From a virus (Duplodnaviria > Caudoviricetes), in the IMG/VR virus record IMGVR_UViG_3300017653_000203, positions 1-55,245 of that record: a DNA stretch of 55,245 bases, one strand, 5' to 3'. The notes beneath the pieces were generated by a model. The model had not been told where the DNA came from, made no database searches, and worked only from the letters and a program-made list of their open reading frames with translations. This document shows, piece after piece, positions 44,346 through 54,849 of the stretch. Made by a program: the position numbers and the translations under genes. The first letter of the stretch is position 1. Every line of letters starts with the position of its first letter.

Positions 44346-45467
44346 ATGCCAGCATTGACTTATGACTTTAAAGACCAAGTACGCCAACTAGAGGCGGGTA
44401 TTTCACTAATTATCGACGACGCTCCAACACTTCTCGGTTTGGTCGGACTTGACGGAGAGTCGCTGTACCAAACGAAATACGAGTGGATGGGTGATAATCT
44501 CAATTCTAACCGCGCAAACGCACTGTCGGCAGCAACCGCAGCAGCAACGTCTATTACGGTAGCGATGGGCGACGGCGAGAAATTCCGCGTTAACGCTATC
44601 GTAGTGGCAGGCGAAGAGTACATGCAAGTAACAGCGGTTGCCGGTGACGTTATTACTGTTGTGCGTGGTTTTGACGGTACAACAGCGGCGGCAATTGCGG
44701 CAGGTGACGAAATCCGTATTGTTTCGCGTCCACAGCTACAAGGCGCTGGACCAGGCGTTGACGAGTCGCATGACCGTTACACAGAGTATAACTACACGCA
44801 GATTATCGAGCGTTATGCTTCGGTATCCGGTACGCAACAAGCCGTTAAGACGTACAACGTAACGAACGAGTTGGATTACCAAGTTCAACTACGTTTGAAA
44901 GAAATTTCGCGCGAAATGAATGATTGGCTGATTTACGGTCGCCGTATCCAAGGCCAGCGCAATGTACCGTCCACGACCGGCGGATTGCTTAACTTCGCGG
45001 GAATCAACGGTTCGGCAAAGGTGAACGCAAGCGGCGGCGAAGTGTCTCCGAAGCTGCTGAACGACTTGGCGGAACAAGTCTATCTGCGCGGTGGTGAGGT
45101 TAATACGATCATCACGAATACTGCTGGTGCTCGTCAGATTTCGAAATTTGCCGGCGACACTATCCGTACGGAGCGTACCGATACTACGTCCGGCCACAAG
45201 ATTCAAACGTTCGTTTCCGATATCGTTGGCGGCAGCGTAGCGACCGTTGTTGTCGATCCAAACTTCCCGAAAAATAAGATTGCGCTAATCGACCGCAGCA
45301 TCCTTAAACTTTCGCCGCTGCAAGGCCGTGCGCTTTACGACGTAGACGCAACCGTACCGGGCGCGGACTTCGTTGCACGTCAAATCCGTGGTGAGTACGG
45401 TATCACTGTCAAGAACGCGAAAGAAAAAATCGCGATCCTTGAGAATATCTCGACGTCGGTATCTTAA
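44346..45467 (+). CDS. Major capsid protein (DUF5309/SU10-like) with an inserted domain
   Basis: TKYEW, YNYTQII...VSGTQQAV, TGGLL, GEYGITVKN; follows the scaffold gene. Confidence 0.88.
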   Translation: MPALTYDFKDQVRQLEAGISLIIDDAPTLLGLVGLDGESLYQTKYEWMGDNLNSNRANALSAATAAATSITVAMGDGEKFRVNAIVVAGEEYMQVTAVAGDVITVVRGFDGTTAAAIAAGDEIRIVSRPQLQGAGPGVDESHDRYTEYNYTQIIERYASVSGTQQAVKTYNVTNELDYQVQLRLKEISREMNDWLIYGRRIQGQRNVPSTTGGLLNFAGINGSAKVNASGGEVSPKLLNDLAEQVYLRGGEVNTIITNTAGARQISKFAGDTIRTERTDTTSGHKIQTFVSDIVGGSVATVVVDPNFPKNKIALIDRSILKLSPLQGRALYDVDATVPGADFVARQIRGEYGITVKNAKEKIAILENISTSVS

Positions 45468-45521
45468 TTAACGGAGGGCTTCGGCCCTCTTAACGAAATA
45501 TGAACGAAGAGGTGACGATAA

Positions 45522-45998
45522 TTGCCGTTAACAGAACACGAAATCGAGCGGTTGAACCTAATCAGTCCGGCCGCTAACGATATTAAACTTGGCGATTTAT
45601 TGGCGGAGTTGCAGGCGGGCGGAGGCGGTTCAACCTTAGTCGCATGGGCGGACGTAACCGGTAAGCCTGCGACGTTTACTCCAACAATCGGCACAACCGC
45701 AACAACTGCGAAAGCCGGTAACTATCAGCCAACAGCGGCTAATATTTCGGACGCAACAGCGGTCGGCCGATCCGTCTTAACCGCCGCCGATGCCGCCGCT
45801 GCTCGTACGGCAATCGGAGCCGGAACGTCAAGTTTAGCGTTAGGCACATCAGCTTCGCAAGCTGCGGCGGGTAATCACGTACACACGGCGAGCGTTATTA
45901 CCGCTACGGCAATCGCGCCCGGAACAGCTACGAATGTACAAGGTATATTAGCGGAATTGGCAGCGCGTATATCGGCGCTTGAAACGGCAGGAGGTTAA
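45522..45998 (+). CDS. Putative head decoration or head fibre protein
   Basis: LNLISPAANDIKLGDLL N-terminus, then fibre-type WADVTGKP, AAAARTAIGA and GNHVH motifs. Confidence 0.6.
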   Translation: MPLTEHEIERLNLISPAANDIKLGDLLAELQAGGGGSTLVAWADVTGKPATFTPTIGTTATTAKAGNYQPTAANISDATAVGRSVLTAADAAAARTAIGAGTSSLALGTSASQAAAGNHVHTASVITATAIAPGTATNVQGILAELAARISALETAGG

Positions 45999-46003
45999 CG
46001 TAA

Positions 46004-46258
46004 ATGGCAGTATATAAAGCTCAGCCAGGCTACTCCGTAACTTACGGAAAAGGCGAAGATGAGAATACGGTACGCTTCAATTATTTCGGTGAGTATGAAA
46101 CGGGCGTCGCGGCGGAAATAGCAGCGCTGGACGCACTCGTACCGAAGTGGATTACGAAGGAAGCGACGGAACCGGAAGCGGCGGCGAAACCGGCGGACGT
46201 AGCATCGGACGACGATCCGAAAACGCCCGCGAAAGGACGTAAGCCCTCCGGCAAATAA
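46004..46258 (+). CDS. Hypothetical virion protein
   Basis: GGAGG RBS; lies in the head module. Confidence 0.65.
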   Translation: MAVYKAQPGYSVTYGKGEDENTVRFNYFGEYETGVAAEIAALDALVPKWITKEATEPEAAAKPADVASDDDPKTPAKGRKPSGK

Positions 46259-46278
46259 AACGGAGGGAGGCGTTGACA

Positions 46279-46668
46279 ATGGCGATTAATGTTACGGACG
46301 CTGACGAGTATATCACGCTAAACTGCATCGATAACGAGGATTGGTTGGACGCTGACGAGGCGAAAAAACAACGGACGCTAAACGTCGCCGAGCGGAAGCT
46401 GACGACCAAGTACGCTCGTTACACGATACCGGACGCGGCGGTATACGAATACGCGAACGAGTTGTCTATCGCGTTTAACGATACGAACCGTCTGCAGCAG
46501 CATGGCGTCGCGAGCTTCGGATTAACGGGCGTGGCGAATTTTACGTTTAAGGATTGGGCGAAAACCGGACTCGATGCGTGGATTTCCGACACCGTCCTCG
46601 ATCTTATTTCGGGCGCTAACGGCGGCGTTTCGTTATCGCGGCGCGCGGTGAAATGGACGGTGTTGTGA
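46279..46668 (+). CDS. Head-tail adaptor/connector protein
   Basis: DADEYI...W...KQRTLNVA...AVYEYA; position. Confidence 0.65.
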   Translation: MAINVTDADEYITLNCIDNEDWLDADEAKKQRTLNVAERKLTTKYARYTIPDAAVYEYANELSIAFNDTNRLQQHGVASFGLTGVANFTFKDWAKTGLDAWISDTVLDLISGANGGVSLSRRAVKWTVL

Positions 46669-46669
46669 T

Positions 46670-46987
46670 ATGGCGTGGGTTCCGTTAAAGCAGACGGTCA
46701 CGGTTATCCCGCCCGGCAACGATGATCCGTGGAATCCTACGCCGGCCGCCGATCCGTTCGAACTCCGGTGCCGATTCCAGGAAGAAACGTCGCTTGTTCG
46801 TAATCAGCACGGCGCCGAAGTCGTATCGTCAGCGCAAATATTCCTCGATAAGTTTGCGCCCGTGTCCGCGTCTCACACGTTCCTATACACGGACGAAACC
46901 GGCGCAACAACGACATACGCGCCGATTAACGTCGCGCGTAAACGGTGGCTCAACGGTAAAGCCATTTTGACGGTGGTGTACGTATGA
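46670..46987 (+). CDS. Head closure protein
   Basis: LVRNQHGAEVVSSAQIF; position. Confidence 0.65.
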   Translation: MAWVPLKQTVTVIPPGNDDPWNPTPAADPFELRCRFQEETSLVRNQHGAEVVSSAQIFLDKFAPVSASHTFLYTDETGATTTYAPINVARKRWLNGKAILTVVYV

Positions 46988-47397
46988 GCGGGCGAATAAC
47001 GTTTGATACGGCGGTGTTTGACGGTGTGCTTGCGAGACTGTACGACAAGGCGGTAGCCGGCGCGGTTCGGGGCGTACACGATGCGACGGACGACTTGTTA
47101 CGGGTGAGCCGCGATTTGGCACCGCTCGAAAAAGGAACGCTACGGGCGACGGCGTGGAAAGAAGTCGAGGAAGCGGACGGGCTCGTTATTGGCGACGTTT
47201 ATTATAGCGCGGTTGAGGACGGAAAAGGCGGCCGGTTTAATTACGCGCTTTATATGCACGAGTTCGGCGGTCGGGACGAATACGCAAATCCGACGACGCC
47301 GGGCACGCAGCCGAAGTTTTTAGAGCAGCCGTTAAAAATGAACGCCGACGAATATAAGCGTTGGGTAGCGGAAGAAGTACGGAAGGAGTTGAAATAG
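46984..47397 (+). CDS. HK97 gp10-like tail completion protein
   Basis: APLEKGTLR, YALYMHE, PKFLEQP. Confidence 0.8.
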   Translation: MSGRITFDTAVFDGVLARLYDKAVAGAVRGVHDATDDLLRVSRDLAPLEKGTLRATAWKEVEEADGLVIGDVYYSAVEDGKGGRFNYALYMHEFGGRDEYANPTTPGTQPKFLEQPLKMNADEYKRWVAEEVRKELK

Positions 47398-47399
47398 AC

Positions 47400-47783
47400 G
47401 TGATTAGCGTAGCGGATTTAAAAACAACGGTGAATGCCGCAGTACCATACACGTACTATCAAAACGAATTTCCGGCGACGGCCGCTGACGACGCGGCGTA
47501 CGTGCGGATTTTCGGCGGCTTTGCACCTTCGCAATGGACGAACAAGCGGCGGCCTTCGTTCCAGGTCGTTGTGCGCGGGAAGAACGGACCGGCGGTCGAG
47601 GCGAAGGCGTGGGCGATATACAAAGCGTTTAACGGACGGACGAATTACGTTATTGGCACGCAGAAAATATCGTCCAGTTTCGCGGATCAGTCAGCGCCAT
47701 TATACATCGGTCTTGACGCGAATAACCGTCCGATGTATAGCGTTAACTTTACGATGACGTATATCGACGGTCAAACAATGTAA
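47400..47783 (+). CDS. Tail terminator (minor capsid-type) protein
   Basis: PSFQVVVRG, YIGLDANNRPMYSVNF. Confidence 0.75.
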   Translation: MISVADLKTTVNAAVPYTYYQNEFPATAADDAAYVRIFGGFAPSQWTNKRRPSFQVVVRGKNGPAVEAKAWAIYKAFNGRTNYVIGTQKISSSFADQSAPLYIGLDANNRPMYSVNFTMTYIDGQTM

Positions 47784-47798
47784 TAACAACGCAGTAAT

Positions 47799-47830
47799 GA
47801 CGTCGGGGCTTCGGCTCCGGCGTTTTTGTT
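47799..47830 (+). terminator. Intrinsic terminator
   Basis: GACGTCGGGGC TTCG GCTCCGGCGTT followed by a T-run. Confidence 0.75.
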
Positions 47831-47854
47831 GCGAAAAAATAAGGGGGATATCAA

Positions 47855-48388
47855 ATGAGCGTAGATGCAGACAAAATTAAACTCGGCCCGTGCCGCGTAA
47901 CATTCGATTTCGAGAGTACAGAACCGGTCATTTTCGAACAAACCCAGGGCGGCGTCGTATTAACGTACGAAGAGACAACGCGCGATATTAACGTCGATCA
48001 GCTAGGTACATCGCCAGCGGACGTAATCATTACGGGACGTACGGCTAGCGTTGCGGTACCTATCGTAGAACATGATCTCGAAAAACTATCGAAAATCATC
48101 CCGGGTGCAAAACTCGTAGTCGACGCAACTGATTCGAGCAAAAAGCGTGTTGACATTGACGCGTCCAAAGTCGAGCGGCTGTTTAAATATGCTAAGAAGG
48201 TTATGCTCGAGCCGTTGGATTCGGCGGCAACGACAGACGATATCGTTATTCTTCATAAGGCGGCGCCGCAAACGAATCTAAACTATACGTACTCATACGA
48301 TAATGAACTCATTACGAATACAACGTTCCGTGCGTTCCAAAGCTCGGACGGCTTTATCTCGTTCGGCGATCCGGACGCGACGGAGTAA
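47855..48388 (+). CDS. Major tail tube protein
   Basis: IKLGPCRV...TQGGVVL...VDQLG; position before the chaperones. Confidence 0.8.
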   Translation: MSVDADKIKLGPCRVTFDFESTEPVIFEQTQGGVVLTYEETTRDINVDQLGTSPADVIITGRTASVAVPIVEHDLEKLSKIIPGAKLVVDATDSSKKRVDIDASKVERLFKYAKKVMLEPLDSAATTDDIVILHKAAPQTNLNYTYSYDNELITNTTFRAFQSSDGFISFGDPDATE

Positions 48389-48405
48389 CGAAATACTAGC
48401 GTATT

Positions 48406-48438
48406 AAAGCGGCTCTTAACGGGGCCGCTTTCGTTTTT
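48406..48438 (+). terminator. Intrinsic terminator
   Basis: AAAGCGGCTC ttaacg GGGCCGCTTT followed by CGTTTTT. Confidence 0.75.
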
Positions 48439-48466
48439 ATAACGATGAATGGAGTTGAAAATTAAC

Positions 48467-48880
48467 GTGATTACACGGTTATTCAATAGAGATTCGGCGG
48501 CGGCCGACTACGTAATTCTCGGCGAAAAGTCCGTCAAGGTTCCGAAACTGACGGTCGAAAAGTGGAAGGCGCTATTTGAGCGGATCGAGGCGCTACCGCA
48601 AATTATCGTTAACGTATTGGCGGCGCGCGGCACGGACGACTTCGCGGCGACGGCGGTTGTTGGCGCGAATATCGCCATTGACGAAGCAATTAACATTGTC
48701 GCGGTGCTGGCGGACGTCGACGCCGATTACATCGAGAAAAATGCGGACGCAAACGAAATTACGGACTTTATCCGCGCCACGCTCGAAAAGAACGATTTAC
48801 AGCGGGCAATAAAAAACTTCCGCGCCGTCCTCGGTCAGTTTCGGACAGTAGCGCCGAGCGGCGGCAAGCCGGACAACTAA
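48467..48880 (+). CDS. Tail assembly chaperone (G-like)
   Basis: Between tail tube and tape measure genes; contains a slippery site. Confidence 0.8.
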   Translation: MITRLFNRDSAAADYVILGEKSVKVPKLTVEKWKALFERIEALPQIIVNVLAARGTDDFAATAVVGANIAIDEAINIVAVLADVDADYIEKNADANEITDFIRATLEKNDLQRAIKNFRAVLGQFRTVAPSGGKPDN

Positions 48881-49188
48881 CGCTTGACGAGTGGTTGACG
48901 CAGGCGGCCGTAAAGCTCGGCGTCAGTCAGCGGGCGCTCGAAACGGAATATTACATCGTTGACTTACCGCTGCTACTGCGGCTGAAAACGCACGAGATCG
49001 CCGAGAACCGGCTGATAACGCTGCAAATTGCTACCGTTAGTCAAGGCGCAGATAAAGACGTATATACCGAGTTTGTCGCCCGTCTCCGCGGCGATTTGAT
49101 AACGGATTCTAACGAGTGTCAAACGAATACCGACGAATTTGACCGGTCGGCCATCGAACGGCTACGCGGTCGCATCGGAAGGAGGTAA
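48811..49188 (+). CDS. Tail assembly chaperone GT extension via -1 programmed frameshift
   Basis: A AAA AAC at 48811-17 plus a downstream stem; the -1 frame is open into the 48895-49188 ORF, which lacks its own RBS. Confidence 0.8.
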   Translation, partial: KKLPRRPRSVSDSSAERRQAGQLTLDEWLTQAAVKLGVSQRALETEYYIVDLPLLLRLKTHEIAENRLITLQIATVSQGADKDVYTEFVARLRGDLITDSNECQTNTDEFDRSAIERLRGRIGRR

Positions 49189-49191
49189 CGC

Positions 49192-52100
49192 ATGAGTGTA
49201 ACGGATATTGGCGCTATTAGGGCGCAGATACTCGTGGATACATCGAAATTCAAGGACGGAATGGATCGGGCGAAGCGAGATTTAACGGAAGTCGGCGACA
49301 AGGCCGATAAGACGACGCGCAGCTTTGCTGGACTCGAATCGGCATTAACGGCTATTGGCGCATCTGCGGCGCTTGTCGGGCTCGTACGGACTGTGCGGAC
49401 GTTGACGAACGAGGCGCACGAATTGTCCATGTCGATGACGGGATTGTCCGAAGTGGCGAAAGCGCTCGGTCATGACGTCGGCGCCGTAACGAAAGCGGCC
49501 GAACAATTGGCGTCGCGCGGTTTTATGACGGTACAACAATCGGCGGACGCGCTAAAGACGACGCTGGCGACCGGCTACGGACTTGACGAATCAATCCGGT
49601 TGATTAACGCGTTATCGGATGCGGCGGCGTTTAACCGCGAATCGCACCTCGAATGGGGCGAGGCGGTCGTACAGGCGGCGCGCGGTATTAAAATGCAAAA
49701 CTCGAACCTGACGGACGCGGCCGGTATCACAACGAACCTCTCCGTCATGTACGATAAATACGCGAAATCGATCGGCAAGTCGGCGGCCACGTTAACGGAA
49801 GCGGAAAAGGCGCAAGCGGCTTATAACGGCATGATCGAAGAGGCAGCGCTGTTTACCGGTAACGCGGACAAGGCGCTCGCGGGATATGCCGGCACGCAAG
49901 CAACGTTTAATCAGACGATTAAGACAGCGCGGGCGGAACTTGGCGAAGCGTATCTGCCGATTATCGAGGATATTACGAAGGCGTTAACGAAAATGATCGC
50001 GGGCCTGACCGGATGGGCTACGGAAAATAAGGAAGTCGTCGCAGGCGTTACCGCTGGTACGGTAGCAGTGACCGGGCTTGTCGCAGTTTTAACGACACTT
50101 GTCACCGTTATCGGTGCGGTAAAAATAGCGCTCGACGCTCTGAAAATATCGCTAGGTCCGATTGGCTGGTTAACTACGGCGCTTGGATTGGCAGCGGCAG
50201 GACTCGGTGCGTTTTCGGTCGCAGCAAATATGACGTCAAAGTCAGTTGCAGAGTTGACAACGAATCAAGAAGCGCTGAACGCTGCGTTAGATAAGTCGGC
50301 AACTTCACGGTCAACTAGTGACTTAAAAGCAATGGAAACGAGTATCGCGAAGATAAACGAATTACTGCAAAAGCGTGCGGAAATCGAAGATGAGATAGCG
50401 CGCAAAGGCTATACCATGCGGCAAGTCGAAAACGCGGCAGGCCAGGACCCTAGAAGCAGACGGTTAATTGAGTTTCGGAAGCGCCTAGAAGAAGTAGACT
50501 CCGCACTCGAAGCGCTCAACGTCACGCAGGACACCGCCGCCGCACATATCAGCAACCTTACGGCGGAAATCGAAAAGTCCACGCCGGCACTCCGTGAACT
50601 CCGTATGGAAGAACTCCGCGAAATCGCCGCTAAGCAAGACGTAATCGCCGAAAACGAAAAGTTAATCGCGCGATATAACGAACTGGCCGCGAAAACGAAA
50701 CGAACGGCGGAAGAGAACGAAGAGATGACGACGGCTGTTCGTCATCTATCGGCAGCATATCCGCAGCTCGCGACCGAACTCGATACGCAGGGCGGACTGC
50801 TCATTACGAATGAAACGTTAATTCGTAACGTTATCGCGGCGGAAAAAGACGCACTCTCTGAACGTCTACGTGCCGAGGCGGAAAATACGGCGTCGCGTAG
50901 AAGAGAGACGGCTGCAGCGTTGGAATTTGCGAAGAAACAAGTTATCGCGCTGAATGCTGCAGCTGGTGTAAAGTCCGATCAACCGTGGGTAAAGGATACG
51001 TCCGATTCACTCATCGGTCGGATGGCGCAGGATGCCGCAGGTAACGCAAAAGCGACAATACAGGCGGAAGTTGACGCATATACCAAAGCGCTCAACGAAA
51101 TCGAAATCGAACTCGCAGCGATTGAGAACGGAACTTGGCGCGGACTTCTTAAAGACAAAGACGGCGGCGGCGGAAATGACGGTAACGCAACGGATAAGGG
51201 TACGAAAGCGGCCGGCGCATCGAAAACGGCCGAACAACTCGCGCAAGAAGCGTATCGGACGCAGCTCCAAATCATGGAGAAACGTCGATTACTCGGTCAA
51301 TTAACGGAGCAGCAAGAAGCGGACACGCTCGGCCGACTAGCGAAGCAATACGAAAAGTACGACGAAATATGGATCGACGCTGAATCTCGTCGGCAACGTG
51401 TCGTCGAGCAAATGGCGGCGGCCTCGGCGAAGAATGCCGAAGAGAAGGCGCGCGCGTCCGAAGCAGCACAGCGGGCCAGTTACGAAAAGTCCGCCGAATG
51501 GATTGAAATGGAAACTCGCCGGATGACAGAGCGGGGCGAGTCCGAACTGGCCATCACGCAAATGCAGCTTGAAGCTTGGGCGCGTGTGAGATCCCGTTAT
51601 ACTGCTGATACAGATTACTATAAGCGGGCGGATAAAGCGATGTACGACGCCCGGATGCAGCTTCGTCGGATGGATGAGCAGACAGCGATTGAGGCCGCGA
51701 AGAATATCGAGGCGGCGCAGAAGGAAACGACGAAGGCATCGCACGACGCTATCAGCAAACAGCGTGACGCCGAGCTCGCCGCACTCGACGAACGCAAGCG
51801 GGCAACACAGAAATATTACGACGATTTACTGCGGATAATCAACGAATCGGAACGCGGCCGTGAGCGAAAGGCTATCGAAGAGGAAGCGACTAAGTACCGG
51901 AATGCGACGTCTGAAAAGGGTAAGAAGCGCTACGCGGAGCTAATGGAAGAACTCCGTAAAATGGACGTCGAGGACTCGAAGCAAGCGCTGCAGGACGAGC
52001 GAGACGCGAAGCTGGCGGCATACGACGAGCAAAAACGTGATATCGACGCATGGTACAACGATCTCAAAGCGGCTGCGGATGCGTTTAACGGCAATATGAT

Positions 52101-52719
52101 CGCACTCTATCAATTGACGGAGGATAAACGGCTAGCGGCGTTTGTATCGACCAACTCCGCCATTAAAGCGGAAATGCAGCGGTTCATGTCCGAGATGGAG
52201 GCGTTAAACAACGCTTCTATAGCGGCGAATTCCGTTGTAGATCCGTTTACGGCTTCAACGTCGGTACAAATGGAGGCTAACGCGAAGGCTTGGCATACGG
52301 CGGACGCGGCCGGGAAGGAACGGCTTGCTACAGAGAACTTGAAACTCGGCGCCAGTATCGGAGCGACGAAAGATTCGGCTACCGGCAAATGGTATGGCGC
52401 CGATGGAACGCAGTTATTCCACGAGGGGCGCAACGGAGTGACCGGCGGAACATTTAGCGCGGGCGACATGTTGATGCCGGACGAGATTACGGCGATCCTA
52501 CGCGATAACGAGTACGTGTTTACGCCGGGACAATTGCGGAGTCTGCTCGATGGCGTAGGCGGCCGCGGCGGGGGCAATACGTACATCGAAAAAGTTGTCG
52601 GTATGGAGGTCAACGATGCCGTTATCGAGGACGAAATCGATATGCGGGCGCTTGGACGGACCGGTGCGGACATGGCGGCGGAAATGGCACGGAATAACTA
52701 TACGGGAGGTGGCGGATGA
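49192..52719 (+). CDS. Tape measure protein
   Basis: 1175 aa, Ala-rich helical, hydrophobic central region, C-terminal FHEG...EYVFT. Confidence 0.93.
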   Translation: MSVTDIGAIRAQILVDTSKFKDGMDRAKRDLTEVGDKADKTTRSFAGLESALTAIGASAALVGLVRTVRTLTNEAHELSMSMTGLSEVAKALGHDVGAVTKAAEQLASRGFMTVQQSADALKTTLATGYGLDESIRLINALSDAAAFNRESHLEWGEAVVQAARGIKMQNSNLTDAAGITTNLSVMYDKYAKSIGKSAATLTEAEKAQAAYNGMIEEAALFTGNADKALAGYAGTQATFNQTIKTARAELGEAYLPIIEDITKALTKMIAGLTGWATENKEVVAGVTAGTVAVTGLVAVLTTLVTVIGAVKIALDALKISLGPIGWLTTALGLAAAGLGAFSVAANMTSKSVAELTTNQEALNAALDKSATSRSTSDLKAMETSIAKINELLQKRAEIEDEIARKGYTMRQVENAAGQDPRSRRLIEFRKRLEEVDSALEALNVTQDTAAAHISNLTAEIEKSTPALRELRMEELREIAAKQDVIAENEKLIARYNELAAKTKRTAEENEEMTTAVRHLSAAYPQLATELDTQGGLLITNETLIRNVIAAEKDALSERLRAEAENTASRRRETAAALEFAKKQVIALNAAAGVKSDQPWVKDTSDSLIGRMAQDAAGNAKATIQAEVDAYTKALNEIEIELAAIENGTWRGLLKDKDGGGGNDGNATDKGTKAAGASKTAEQLAQEAYRTQLQIMEKRRLLGQLTEQQEADTLGRLAKQYEKYDEIWIDAESRRQRVVEQMAAASAKNAEEKARASEAAQRASYEKSAEWIEMETRRMTERGESELAITQMQLEAWARVRSRYTADTDYYKRADKAMYDARMQLRRMDEQTAIEAAKNIEAAQKETTKASHDAISKQRDAELAALDERKRATQKYYDDLLRIINESERGRERKAIEEEATKYRNATSEKGKKRYAELMEELRKMDVEDSKQALQDERDAKLAAYDEQKRDIDAWYNDLKAAADAFNGNMIALYQLTEDKRLAAFVSTNSAIKAEMQRFMSEMEALNNASIAANSVVDPFTASTSVQMEANAKAWHTADAAGKERLATENLKLGASIGATKDSATGKWYGADGTQLFHEGRNGVTGGTFSAGDMLMPDEITAILRDNEYVFTPGQLRSLLDGVGGRGGGNTYIEKVVGMEVNDAVIEDEIDMRALGRTGADMAAEMARNNYTGGGG

Positions 52720-53504
52720 TGACTTATGGATTTACGTTCAAAGGGCGGCATTGCTCGGAGTTAGGCGTCCGCCTTCTCCGATATAACGTCCATAGCCCGG
52801 AATTACGCGAGCATGAGGACGAAGTTACCGGAATGCCCGGCGCAATCGATTACGGAACCGAGTACGGAAAACGTGATATCGAAGTGACTATCGATATCGA
52901 TCCGGATGACCGTTCGTTTAAGCGTCGGCAATCGGAAATATTATCGTGGCTGTCACCGGTGGCTCCGGCGGACATGCTTGTTTTTGACGATATGCCCGAC
53001 CGCTATTTTATCGCGAAGATGACGGGGCGATTATCGGCGGAGCAAATCGGTAGCTACGGCGAGCTTCGGGTTACGTTTAAATGCGTTGACCCGTTTGCGC
53101 GTTCGCTAACGGCTTCTGACGCGGTGATTCTCGATTCCGACGTACGACTCGATTCGGATATCCGGCTAAACGACGCATGGTCATTCGTAGTCAACAGCGG
53201 AACGACGGCGCGCGTAAACAATTGGGGCGCCGAGTCGTTACGGCCTACTATCGTTATAACCGGTAGCTTTTCGACGATTACGATATCGACCGGCGGCGTG
53301 ACGTTTGCATATAACGCGGCTATAGCTAATAAAACGCTAACTATCGATGGCGAACGAGAGACGGCGCGGATTGACGGAGTGAGCGTGCTTCAACACGTTA
53401 CGGGCGATTTTATCACGCTAGCGCCGGGAGATAACGACGTTGTAATCGGAGGGGCGGCGCTTAATTGCACGGTCGCTTTCGTTTTTAACGCGAAATACAT
53501 TTAA
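52716..53504 (+). CDS. Distal tail protein (Dit)
   Basis: GFTFKGRHCSELG, LVFDDMPDRYF, FKCVDPFA, LAPGDN. Confidence 0.88.
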   Translation: MMTYGFTFKGRHCSELGVRLLRYNVHSPELREHEDEVTGMPGAIDYGTEYGKRDIEVTIDIDPDDRSFKRRQSEILSWLSPVAPADMLVFDDMPDRYFIAKMTGRLSAEQIGSYGELRVTFKCVDPFARSLTASDAVILDSDVRLDSDIRLNDAWSFVVNSGTTARVNNWGAESLRPTIVITGSFSTITISTGGVTFAYNAAIANKTLTIDGERETARIDGVSVLQHVTGDFITLAPGDNDVVIGGAALNCTVAFVFNAKYI

Positions 53505-53516
53505 GGAGGCGGACGA

Positions 53517-54839
53517 ATGGCGAATTTACAGCCGCTTAACGGCAATATGAAGCTACGTGAAGCGTGGCCGGTAATCGAAGCGAATGACGAAGCGTTGAAT
53601 GCGGAGCTGGCGGCGCAGAGCGACCGTATCGATAATATCGTAGCTGGCGGCGGTGAAAGTAACGTTGAAATCGTGGACGCGCGGCAGCCGGCGACGGGTC
53701 CAGCGTATCCTACGTTGAAGGAACGGTTGGATACGGAGCACGGCGGACTTACTGCGCAGTTGGCGGATAATGCGCAGGCTAGGAACGGTTTAAATGCCAA
53801 CGCAATAATTAACGGAAACTTCGACGTGTGGCAACGAGGGACAAGTTTCAGCAATCCGAAAAACGAGTATACGGCAGATCGCTTTCATATAGGCGTTGTG
53901 ACTACGGGCACACCTCCAACAGTTACACACACGCGAGAATATCTGCAAGGGGATATCGCTGGAGCGTCCGCGTTTTACCGTTTCACTACATCGGGTGCAG
54001 GAACCGGTCCCGGTGCTAACGACGTTTATAACATCCAACAAAGGGTTGAGAACGGGGTAAGATATCTCTGCGGAGCAGGCAGGAAAATAACGCTGTCTTT
54101 TTATGCGAGAAGTAGCATAGTCGGGAAGCGTATCGGAACCACGTTTTCACAGCAGTATGGATCGGGAGGCGGGGGCTCACCTTCTGAGAGCATTGTGGGG
54201 ACGACCTTCACGCTTACGAATAGTTGGCAAAAATTCGAGGTTACCGTAGAGACAAATACCCTTACAGGAAAAACATTTGGAGCAAACCGTGATGATTTTT
54301 TAATCGCTACAATTGCTATAATGTGGGGCGCGAATAGGGCTGGCTCATACGGATCATTGTCCGAGGAAATGTTTGGCGGCGCGGGTACCGTTGATATCGC
54401 GCAAATACAATTGTGTTCGGGAGAAACCGCACAGCCGTATCAACCGCGCTCATTTGCCGAGGAATTAGCACTATGTCAACGCTATTATGAGAAAAGTTAT
54501 GCAATTGGTACTAGACCTGAAACCGCTACTGCTAATGGGTCATTGAGTTTTCAGACGCGCGTAGCGATAAACGCGAGTACCATAGGAAATCTCTATCCGG
54601 GACAGCTTGCGTTTAAAGTAAGGAAAAGAACCACGCCTACTGTCGTAATATATTCGTCAGATACCGGAGCACCTAGCGCTGTTCGAAACGCTAACAACAG
54701 TACTGACCGAACGGGCGTATCTGCGGATTTGGTTTCCGATTCTGCAATAGGGAGATTGGCTGTAGATGCCACATCAGCTAATGCCATTTCCTTAGATCAT
54801 GTATTACGGTTCCATTGGGTAGCTGACGCCGAACTATAA
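53517..54839 (+). CDS. Tail fibre or receptor-binding protein with carbohydrate-binding-like domain
   Basis: EIVDAR...YPTLKERLD anchor, NAIINGNFDVWQRG, EELALCQRYYE, WVADAEL. Confidence 0.78.
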   Translation: MANLQPLNGNMKLREAWPVIEANDEALNAELAAQSDRIDNIVAGGGESNVEIVDARQPATGPAYPTLKERLDTEHGGLTAQLADNAQARNGLNANAIINGNFDVWQRGTSFSNPKNEYTADRFHIGVVTTGTPPTVTHTREYLQGDIAGASAFYRFTTSGAGTGPGANDVYNIQQRVENGVRYLCGAGRKITLSFYARSSIVGKRIGTTFSQQYGSGGGGSPSESIVGTTFTLTNSWQKFEVTVETNTLTGKTFGANRDDFLIATIAIMWGANRAGSYGSLSEEMFGGAGTVDIAQIQLCSGETAQPYQPRSFAEELALCQRYYEKSYAIGTRPETATANGSLSFQTRVAINASTIGNLYPGQLAFKVRKRTTPTVVIYSSDTGAPSAVRNANNSTDRTGVSADLVSDSAIGRLAVDATSANAISLDHVLRFHWVADAEL

Positions 54840-54849
54840 GGAGGACGTT

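Noticed and set aside
53517-54839. Diversity-generating retroelement target
   Set aside because: No reverse transcriptase and no template-repeat copy seen in the window
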